Positions 1 to 7,392 of a DNA stretch of 64,000 nt are shown piece after piece. Position numbers and translations under genes: made by a program. Origin of the DNA: a virus; IMG/VR virus record IMGVR_UViG_3300006802_012847, positions 1-64,000 of that record; one strand, given 5' to 3'. Under the pieces are notes generated by a model. The model saw nothing but the letters and a program-made list of their open reading frames with translations. It was not told the DNA's origin and did not search any database. Position 1 is the stretch's first letter. Each line of letters opens with the position of its first letter.

Positions 1-510
1 CATAGAAAAGTAGCTTTCATGGTTAGATATGCCTCTGGCAGTAATTATACTAATGGAAACTATGTAGGCAATGGAATTACATGTTATATTTCATCCAGTG
101 GTAAGTCATATTTTGGCGATCAAATGAATATAGATGGAAATATTGAACTTACTGGGCAAGTATACAGTACAGGCAATATGTTTCCTTCTACTACAGATAC
201 TAATACTTTTGACACATATGCATCTTCCGGTGGATCATGGAATGTGAATCACGGTCGTAGTAGTACACCTACACATTGTAGAGTAGTATTAGTATGTCAA
301 AGTACCGATCAAGGTTATGCCGCTGGTGATGAAGTTAATATAGATTCATTTAGTCAATCTGGCAATAATTCTAAATTGGCTCAATATGCTAATAGCACTC
401 AAATGGGTGTAATTGTACCAAGTGGAGCGTATTTGGTAATCAATAAAACTGGAACATCGTGGGGTGGTATAGATGAAACTAAGTGGAAATTTAAAATCTA
501 CTATGGATAA
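1..510 (+). CDS. Tail fibre-like structural protein, C-terminal part (5'-truncated by window)
   Basis: Frame is open from position 1. C-terminal HG..TP..CRVVLVC...D.GYAAGDE domain is shared with the next ORF and resembles phage fibre C-termini. Confidence 0.55.
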   Translation, partial: HRKVAFMVRYASGSNYTNGNYVGNGITCYISSSGKSYFGDQMNIDGNIELTGQVYSTGNMFPSTTDTNTFDTYASSGGSWNVNHGRSSTPTHCRVVLVCQSTDQGYAAGDEVNIDSFSQSGNNSKLAQYANSTQMGVIVPSGAYLVINKTGTSWGGIDETKWKFKIYYG

Positions 511-539
511 TTAAAACAATTTGATATTTATTATATAGT

Positions 540-1364
540 ATGGCAAGTACATGTAACAGTTTAAATGTAAATACGATAAAAGTAAGTTCACTGGCTACTT
601 ATCAAACTAAAGATTTTGGTAGTACAGATATCTTTTTGATGATTCAGAATGACGGTGGTACTTATTATTCCAAAAAAACTACACTGGGGGCTTTAGCAGC
701 ATATATGTTGGCTAGTGGATCTTCTGCTTCTGGCGGTATATCGTATACAGGCAGTTTTATAGGAACTTTTACAGGTTCAAATGCAGTAGCATTATTAGGA
801 ACATCGAGTAACGCTGTAACATCAAGTTATGCTATAAATGCTGGTAATGTAGTATCATCCAGTTATTCTTTAAATTCAAGTAATGCTGTTACTAGTAGTT
901 TTTCTTTAAGATCTGGCAATGCGATAACTTCTAGTCATGCGTTATATTCTAATGAGTCTGATACGGCTATTACTTCTAGTTTTTGTTCTAGATTAACTAC
1001 TGCTGGAAGTAATTATTACGAATATGAATCTACAACATTAGATAGTCATGCTAATAGAATTCAATTCACACATGGATTGGGAGCAATTCCTCAATTAACA
1101 AGAGTTACATTGGTTTGTAAAACAGCAGATGGAGGATATGCTGTGGGTGATGAATTAGATATAGCAAGCGTAATATACAATACACCAAGCGGCGACTATT
1201 ATCAAACCGCATTTTATACTTCATGTAATTCTACATATGTACATGTTGTGTCAAATCCTGCCGGCACAATAGCAGATGGAAATAAAAAATTATATAACTA
1301 TGGTGGGTCTCTAGATACATTGACTACTACGAGTTGGACATGTAAAGTTAGAGCTTGGAAATAA
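540..1364 (+). CDS. Putative tail fibre/structural protein
   Basis: NAVTSS(Y/F/H)A/S repeats, then THGLGAIPQLTRVTLVCKTADGGYAVGDE paralogous to the upstream ORF; TATTTAT motif at 525-531. Confidence 0.6.
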   Translation: MASTCNSLNVNTIKVSSLATYQTKDFGSTDIFLMIQNDGGTYYSKKTTLGALAAYMLASGSSASGGISYTGSFIGTFTGSNAVALLGTSSNAVTSSYAINAGNVVSSSYSLNSSNAVTSSFSLRSGNAITSSHALYSNESDTAITSSFCSRLTTAGSNYYEYESTTLDSHANRIQFTHGLGAIPQLTRVTLVCKTADGGYAVGDELDIASVIYNTPSGDYYQTAFYTSCNSTYVHVVSNPAGTIADGNKKLYNYGGSLDTLTTTSWTCKVRAWK

Positions 1365-1388
1365 ATTAGTTTTTATAATAATTTTCAT

Positions 1389-1416
1389 TTGACATTTTTT
1401 CATTTTTCTGTAATAT
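1389..1416 (+). promoter_or_regulatory. Sigma70-like promoter of hsp20
   Basis: TTGACA (1389-1394), 16 nt, TAATAT (1411-1416). Confidence 0.5.
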
Positions 1417-1516
1417 ATATTTCTAGATGATATGTAAGTTATGTCATCTTCGGTAGTGCTCGAGTGAGGCTACTAAGTAATAGGTTAATAACTTAACTAT
1501 TAAAGAAAGAAAATAT

Positions 1517-1993
1517 ATGTCATTAATTAGATACAATAGAAATGCGTTTAACGCAAAAGATCAGTTTTTAACTCCATTTGATCATGTCTTCGATCAAGTA
1601 TTTGCAAACACCTTCCCAGAACTTTCTAAAGAGTTTGGCGTTGGATTTTTCGAAAAACAAAGTTATCCGAAAGTAGATGTAATTGACTATGATAACAGAG
1701 TAGAAATTGTTGCCGAAATCCCAGGTCTTACTAAAGATGAAGTGGACGTTGAAGTTCAAGATGATGTTTTAACTATTAGTGGTGAGAAAGTAAAGAATAT
1801 CACTAATAAGGAAGATAAAGGAAATTATATTAAAAAAGAACTTAAACATAGTAGATTTAAAAGAAGTTTTACTCTTGGTGAAAACATTGATAAAGATGTT
1901 CAATCTGCTAAATTTGAGAATGGTGTATTAACTATTACATTAGATAAAGTAAAGCCTGCTACACCAGAAACCAAAAAAGTAAAGATTCTTTGA
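1517..1993 (+). CDS. hsp20: Small heat-shock protein (Hsp20/alpha-crystallin family)
   Basis: PKVDVID...AEIPGL.K..VDV...VLTISGEK...F.RSFTL...AKFENGVLTITL alpha-crystallin motifs. Confidence 0.95.
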   Translation: MSLIRYNRNAFNAKDQFLTPFDHVFDQVFANTFPELSKEFGVGFFEKQSYPKVDVIDYDNRVEIVAEIPGLTKDEVDVEVQDDVLTISGEKVKNITNKEDKGNYIKKELKHSRFKRSFTLGENIDKDVQSAKFENGVLTITLDKVKPATPETKKVKIL

Positions 1994-2018
1994 GTAAATA
2001 AATAACGTGTTATGTCAC

Positions 2019-2044
2019 AAGCCTTACAATTTGTAAGGCTTTTT
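2019..2044 (+). terminator. Rho-independent terminator
   Basis: AAGCCTTACAA/TTGTAAGGCTT inverted repeat followed by a T tract, after hsp20. Confidence 0.85.
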
Positions 2045-2098
2045 ATTTTGCATTTTGTATATTTATATTATAGATAATAATAACAATAAATTATTAAC

Positions 2099-2968
2099 AT
2101 GATTAAATTCAAAAACTTAGTAATATTCACATCACTACTGATTGCTGGCTGCGCCGCTTTTTTTAGTGTGTATGGTATCGGATTATTATTTTCCGGTGCT
2201 TTGGTAGCTGCTATGATTATGGCAAGCTCGTTAGAATTGGGTAAATTAGTAACAACTTCTTGGTTGTTTAGATATTGGAGAGTTGCTAATAAACTTATGA
2301 AAACTTATATGGTATGTGCCGTTATAGTTCTCATGGGAATTACATCGTTGGGTATTTTTGGTTATTTAACAGCTGCTTTTCAAAAAAGTGCGCTTGAAGC
2401 TGAGTTAGCAAATACAAAAATTGCTACATTAGAGGTGCAAAAAACAGACGAACAGAGAAAAATTGAAGATGTTCGTACTACCTTAGACAAATTATTAGCT
2501 TTGAGAGCAGGCCAAGAAGCCCGATTAAGTGAGACATTAACAAATGTTGTCATTGCTAGAAACCCGATTCAACTGCAAAACATTCAGAATCAAATCAATG
2601 AACAGATTGGTAGTATCAATACTCAAATGGATGGAGAAAATGAGAAGTTGAAATCTGCTAATGATAGAATCACTGTAATTGATGATGAAGTGTTTAAATT
2701 GAAGATAGAAAATAGTCAAAAGAAAGATATTACTACATTTAAATTTGTTGCAGACGAATTTGATACAGAAATTAAAAATGTTGTTAAATGGTTTATCATT
2801 GTATTAATAACTGTATTTGATCCATTGGCTGTTGTTTTATTATTGGCATATAACTTGTCTTCAAACTGGAAAGAAGTATCTGAAGAAGAGTATAATCTTC
2901 GCCAAAATAAAGGCAGAAGAGATTTGGAAGAAAAAAAAAATTTAGATACATTGACGGAAGAGGATTAG
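2099..2968 (+). CDS. Membrane protein (N-terminal TM helices, coiled coil, further TM helix); probably continues into 2941-3639 by frameshift
   Basis: Hydrophobic helices, heptad-rich middle, IVLITVFDPLAVVLLLA helix; A10 run at 2931-2940. Confidence 0.75.
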   Translation: MIKFKNLVIFTSLLIAGCAAFFSVYGIGLLFSGALVAAMIMASSLELGKLVTTSWLFRYWRVANKLMKTYMVCAVIVLMGITSLGIFGYLTAAFQKSALEAELANTKIATLEVQKTDEQRKIEDVRTTLDKLLALRAGQEARLSETLTNVVIARNPIQLQNIQNQINEQIGSINTQMDGENEKLKSANDRITVIDDEVFKLKIENSQKKDITTFKFVADEFDTEIKNVVKWFIIVLITVFDPLAVVLLLAYNLSSNWKEVSEEEYNLRQNKGRRDLEEKKNLDTLTEED

Positions 2969-3057
2969 GTTATTTCACAAAAACTGGATTCTATTGTGAA
3001 GTAGATCCAATAAGATATGTAGATCGTCCAATTCAATGGAAACTAAATTCCAAAGAG

Positions 3058-3639
3058 TTGGACGATTCTTTTTCTCACGATATAAGTAAATGGCATCCTA
3101 TTAATCTTTTAAATAAAGAAGTTATTGAAATAGTTAAAGAAGTTGAAAAGCCTATTGAAGTTATAAAAGAAGTTGAAGTTATAAAAGAAGTTGTAGTCGA
3201 AAAGCCAGTTGAAGTTATAAAAGAAGTTGAAGTTATAAAAGAAGTTGAAGTTATAAAAGAAGTTGTAGTCGAAAAGCCAGTTGAAGTTATAAAAGAAGTT
3301 GTAGTCGAAAAGCCAGTTGAAGTTATAAAAGAAGTTGTAGTTGAAAAAATTGTTGAAGTTGAAAAACCAGTAGAGGTGATCAAAGAAGTTATAGTTGAGA
3401 AACCAGTAGAGGTAATTAGAGAGATTATAGTGGAAAAGCCTATTGAAGTAATCAAAGAAGTTGAAAAAATTGTTGAGGTTGAGAAACCTGTGGAATTAAT
3501 CAAAGAAGTTGAAAAAATTGTTGAGGTTGAAAAGCCAGTTGAAGTTAAAACAAATACCGAAGTCATAAAAGAAGTTGAGAAAGTTATTACAAAGAGAATA
3601 AGACCGAAAGGTGGTAAAAGCGGATTGTTCAGTTTTTAA
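3058..3639 (+). CDS. V/E/K/I/P repeat protein (EKPVEVIKEV repeats), probably the C-terminal part of the upstream membrane protein
   Basis: Frame is open from 2911 with no ATG (annotated start is TTG); tandem charged repeats. Confidence 0.6.
   Translation: MDDSFSHDISKWHPINLLNKEVIEIVKEVEKPIEVIKEVEVIKEVVVEKPVEVIKEVEVIKEVEVIKEVVVEKPVEVIKEVVVEKPVEVIKEVVVEKIVEVEKPVEVIKEVIVEKPVEVIREIIVEKPIEVIKEVEKIVEVEKPVELIKEVEKIVEVEKPVEVKTNTEVIKEVEKVITKRIRPKGGKSGLFSF
3115..3585 (+). repeat. Coding tandem repeats (gaagttataaaagaagtt, gaaaagccagtt units)
   Basis: Directly visible degenerate repeats that encode EVIKEV/VEKPV. Confidence 0.9.
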
Positions 3640-3696
3640 AAATAAAAGCGTTTTTAAAATCTTTTACTATATATTAGTTAAACTCTCTTTATTAAC

Positions 3697-3834
3697 ATGA
3701 ATGACGATGAACTACTAGAATTACGCCAAATATTAAAAACTGCTTACGAAAATAATGACTGGACATCGGTGGAAGATGCGATAGACTATATAAATGAATA
3801 TATAGATACCGACGAAGATGCTGAATTTTTATGA
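3697..3834 (+). CDS. Small acidic hypothetical protein (45 aa; not in ORF track)
   Basis: ATG at 3697 reads MNDDELLELRQILKTAYENNDWTSVEDAIDYINEYIDTDEDAEFL; its stop overlaps the next start (ATGA). Confidence 0.6.
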   Translation: MNDDELLELRQILKTAYENNDWTSVEDAIDYINEYIDTDEDAEFL

Positions 3835-4160
3835 TGGAAAATTTATTAGTTATATCACTTATATTAACAACTTTAATAAGTACAATATCTATTGTGTTTT
3901 TATTTAAAGCACTTTCTAAAATAGATAATTTAGAACAACAGTTAACATTATCCGAGGAAAATAATTTCTTATTAAACAATTGGGTTACCGATTTTAGAAC
4001 TTTGATATTAAATGTTTATAAGAAGTTGAAATCTGTTGACGACCGTGGTATCTTTGAAAAAGATGATGACGTAGGATTCTTATTTTCAGAATTACTTGCT
4101 ATCATCGATGAATGTAATAAAAGGATTTCCGATGACGACTCTAATGAAGAAAAAAATTAA
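3831..4160 (+). CDS. Hypothetical protein with N-terminal TM helix
   Basis: Hydrophobic N-terminus, then D.RGIFEKDDDVGFLF; overlaps the sigma-like gene. Confidence 0.7.
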   Translation: MMENLLVISLILTTLISTISIVFLFKALSKIDNLEQQLTLSEENNFLLNNWVTDFRTLILNVYKKLKSVDDRGIFEKDDDVGFLFSELLAIIDECNKRISDDDSNEEKN

Positions 4161-5247
4161 AAACAATACTACCACTGAAAAAACTAAGACTAAATCTAAA
4201 ACCAAATCTACCGAAAAACAAAAGGTAAGGGTGGTTTATGATATAAACGTAGACTCGCCTAAAAAGACAAAGGAGAAGGTAGTTAAAAAAGTTTCAACTC
4301 CTAAATCAAAAAAAGTGGCGCCAAGTAAAGCGGTTAAGAAGAAAGTGACACCAAAGAAGAAGGTAACACCAAAGAAGAAGGTAACACCAAATAAAAAAGA
4401 AACTAAAAATCGGAGGTCCACATCGGAAGTTTCTAACAATAAATTAATACCACAAAATATAGTTGTAAAACGAGATAAAAATGTAGATAAAGTAGACGAT
4501 ATATCTTTATCTAATGAAAATTCATTTGATGTCTCAGATGAACCTAAAAGAGTTCGCAGACGTGGCAGAAATAAAAAAGAAAAGATATATTTTTCCAAAG
4601 CTACTGAGGAAGCTATTATTGAATATAATAGTGAAGATGATAATGACATTCGAAACAAAATATATGAAGAGCGTATAAAATTTAGTTTTGAAAAATTAGT
4701 AGAAAATATATATAACACATTTAAATTTACATACTTTGACTGCGGTCCATTAGATGTACAAAAGGAAACAGTTACGCATTTGGTTGCTAATATTCATAAA
4801 TTTCAAGAAGGAAAAGGTAAAGCATTCAGTTATTTCAGTATTGTTGCTAAAAACTATCTCATATTCCATAATAATAACAATTACAAACGTTTTAATCAAC
4901 ACGTAGATATCAGTGATACTCCAACAGAAGATAGTGTATGTTTACAAAGTGAAGATAAATACTATAAAAACGCACAAACTGAAGAATTCATGAAGTTGTT
5001 GATCAATTATTGGGAAACAAATATTACTAAGATATTTACCAAGTCAAAAGATTTAAATATAGCATATGCTGTTATTGAATTATTTAGAAATTGTGATAGA
5101 ATAGAATCTTTTAATAAAAAGACATTATACCTCTATATAAGAGAAATTAGTAATTGTAAGACTCAACAGATTACAAAAGTCTTGAATAAGATGAAAAGTT
5201 ATCAGACGGTGGTTATGAAAAATTATATAAATAGAGGTATAGTTTAA
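4132..5247 (+). CDS. gp55-like late-transcription sigma factor with long Lys-rich N-terminal extension
   Basis: YFSKATEEAIIEYN...HKFQEGKGKAFSYFSIVAKNYLI resembles the T4 gp55/sigma region 2. ATG at 4132 or 4144 is preferred to TTG at 4096. Confidence 0.6.
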   Translation: MTTLMKKKIKNNTTTEKTKTKSKTKSTEKQKVRVVYDINVDSPKKTKEKVVKKVSTPKSKKVAPSKAVKKKVTPKKKVTPKKKVTPNKKETKNRRSTSEVSNNKLIPQNIVVKRDKNVDKVDDISLSNENSFDVSDEPKRVRRRGRNKKEKIYFSKATEEAIIEYNSEDDNDIRNKIYEERIKFSFEKLVENIYNTFKFTYFDCGPLDVQKETVTHLVANIHKFQEGKGKAFSYFSIVAKNYLIFHNNNNYKRFNQHVDISDTPTEDSVCLQSEDKYYKNAQTEEFMKLLINYWETNITKIFTKSKDLNIAYAVIELFRNCDRIESFNKKTLYLYIREISNCKTQQITKVLNKMKSYQTVVMKNYINRGIV

Positions 5248-5277
5248 ATTATAATTTAATATTTACTGTATAAAAAG

Positions 5278-5307
5278 AAAACCAATCAATAAAACGATTG
5301 GTTTTTT
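5278..5307 (+). terminator. Rho-independent terminator
   Basis: AAAACCAATC/GATTGGTTTT stem plus T tract. Confidence 0.75.
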
Positions 5308-5320
5308 CTATTTATTGGAT

Positions 5321-5674
5321 ATGGAAACAAATTTTGAAATTTATAAAGGAAAAAATTTTTCCAATTTGTGTAAAGACATCGTAAAAAACTCAGAAAGTAA
5401 GAAAGATCAAATAGATATTCTTATCTCTGAACTTCGTAGCTTAATCAAAACGGTTAATGATGCTGTTATTATTGTTCCATTAATAAAAGATTATTTTGAC
5501 GTAGCTGTTAAAAATGATGAACAATTAGTTAAATTAGCAGCAATTGTTCAAAGGTTGGTAGGAAAAGGTGAAAGTAGTGGTGAAGGAGGATCATTAGTAC
5601 TTACGGATGATGAACGAAAACAATTAATGGAAGAAGTAGTTTCTATTGCTAGTGTTTCTAAAAAAGATAACTAA
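5321..5674 (+). CDS. Phage hypothetical protein (helical)
   Basis: ATG at 5321, 5 nt after TATTTAT; first gene of the tightly packed baseplate operon. Confidence 0.7.
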   Translation: METNFEIYKGKNFSNLCKDIVKNSESKKDQIDILISELRSLIKTVNDAVIIVPLIKDYFDVAVKNDEQLVKLAAIVQRLVGKGESSGEGGSLVLTDDERKQLMEEVVSIASVSKKDN

Positions 5675-5676
5675 TT

Positions 5677-7389
5677 ATGAGTTCTTCTACGGATATAACA
5701 AAACAAGTTTATAAACGAGATCAGATGTCGATTGAATCATCAGCACGACAATCTTCAATTTCTGGTTTAGAAAATAACATATACACGGCTGTTGTGGTTG
5801 ATGTTATTTATGATGATAAACATCCGTTTTTTGGCGAAGCTCCTTTTAGTGAAGAATCTCAAAAACCAATCACTATAAATCGAGATGGATTCCCAGCAAA
5901 CTATAAAGGAGATGTACCCGATCCTTTTGAGAAAGATTATAGTTATATTGGTCGAGTAAAAATTAGAGTCTTAGGTAAAGAAATAAAAACTCCACAAGCA
6001 AAACTACCATGGGCTTCTCCATTAGACAACACAATTACTCAATATCCATTGTTAAATGAACAGGTATTAGTTGTACAAATTGGAGATGCTTATTTTTATA
6101 CTAAACCATTAAGTGCATTTAATTTTGTTGGAGTTAACGCAAATTATTCTTTAGAAATTTCTAACAGTGAAAATACACAACCATCTACTCCGTGGGATGA
6201 ACCGTTAAATAGACAGTCTTATATCGCACATCCCATTTTTAAAAATCAAGGAAGATTGGGATATCTAGGTAGTTATTTTATTTTAAATCCTTATATTAGA
6301 AGTTTAAAAAAATATGAGGGAGACACATCTATAGAAAGTAGATTTGGTCAGTCTATAAGATTTACAGGTTATACAGATGTAAGAGCTGATGATAAGTCAA
6401 CTAACGCGTCTTATGCATTAAATCCTTCTCTATTTCCAGCATCAAGTGCTGGTGGTTATGGTAATCCTAGAATAATCATTCGTAATAGACAAAGAAACAT
6501 TGCTTTAAATAAACCTCAACAGTTACATCCAAAGTTACCACCAATACCCGTAATACCAGCAAAAGAAAAAAACTATGGTGGGCAAATAGAAGAAGATATT
6601 AATAATGATGGTTCTACTATAGAGATCAATAGCGGTGGAATTATTTCTAAATGGAAAACTACTGTTTATAAGAGTATGTTTGGTATAACAAGTGGTGGAG
6701 ATCCAACCGAAGAACAAACACAATATAATCCACCTGGCTCTACCGATTTTGTATTTCCAATATTAAATAATGATCAAGTTGTTATTAATACAGATAGATT
6801 GGTATTTAGTAGTAGATTTAGTGAAACACTCCATTTTAGCAAAAAACGATATGGAATTGTTACAGATTCTGAGTATACCGTGGATGCAAATAATCAAATT
6901 GTATTAACAACTAATAAATTAACATGTTTAAACTCACCTCAAATATTTTTAGGACAATATGCTGAAACTAACGAACCTGCACTTCTGGGACAAACTACTG
7001 TCGATTGGTTATATGATCTTTGCAATTGGTTACTTGACCATGTTCATTGGTATCACCACGTGCATCCTTACCCTCATAGTCACCCTGATGCTGGCAGAGA
7101 AAGCCCTGGCAACACTCAAGATTCAGTTCCAGACCAAACACAAATACCAGTACAACAAATAACATTAAAACTACTTCGTGATAACTTACATAAAACTTTA
7201 AGTAGACGAGTATTTTTAACTGGCGGAGGTTATGCGCCAGGTGCAAACGGTGTTAAACCACCTGGGTCTGGAGCAGAGTGCGGTGAACCAACTAATATTA
7301 ATGTAGTAACTGGCGCTGGTGTTGTAGGTGACTTTAAAGGTAGAAATAGAAGAGAAGGACCTGTACAAATAGAATTTCAATTTAATTAA
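5677..7389 (+). CDS. gp5-like baseplate hub/central spike
   Basis: OB-fold-like IGRVKIRV...PWASPL...YPLLNEQVLV; EGD..IESRFGQSIRF; beta-helix-like segments; C-terminal HxH cluster; lies upstream of gp25. Confidence 0.65.
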   Translation: MSSSTDITKQVYKRDQMSIESSARQSSISGLENNIYTAVVVDVIYDDKHPFFGEAPFSEESQKPITINRDGFPANYKGDVPDPFEKDYSYIGRVKIRVLGKEIKTPQAKLPWASPLDNTITQYPLLNEQVLVVQIGDAYFYTKPLSAFNFVGVNANYSLEISNSENTQPSTPWDEPLNRQSYIAHPIFKNQGRLGYLGSYFILNPYIRSLKKYEGDTSIESRFGQSIRFTGYTDVRADDKSTNASYALNPSLFPASSAGGYGNPRIIIRNRQRNIALNKPQQLHPKLPPIPVIPAKEKNYGGQIEEDINNDGSTIEINSGGIISKWKTTVYKSMFGITSGGDPTEEQTQYNPPGSTDFVFPILNNDQVVINTDRLVFSSRFSETLHFSKKRYGIVTDSEYTVDANNQIVLTTNKLTCLNSPQIFLGQYAETNEPALLGQTTVDWLYDLCNWLLDHVHWYHHVHPYPHSHPDAGRESPGNTQDSVPDQTQIPVQQITLKLLRDNLHKTLSRRVFLTGGGYAPGANGVKPPGSGAECGEPTNINVVTGAGVVGDFKGRNRREGPVQIEFQFN

Positions 7390-7392
7390 ACT

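Noticed and set aside
3075-3566. Minus-strand S/T/F-rich ORF
   Set aside because: Antisense shadow of the EKPVEV repeat; no independent expression signals.
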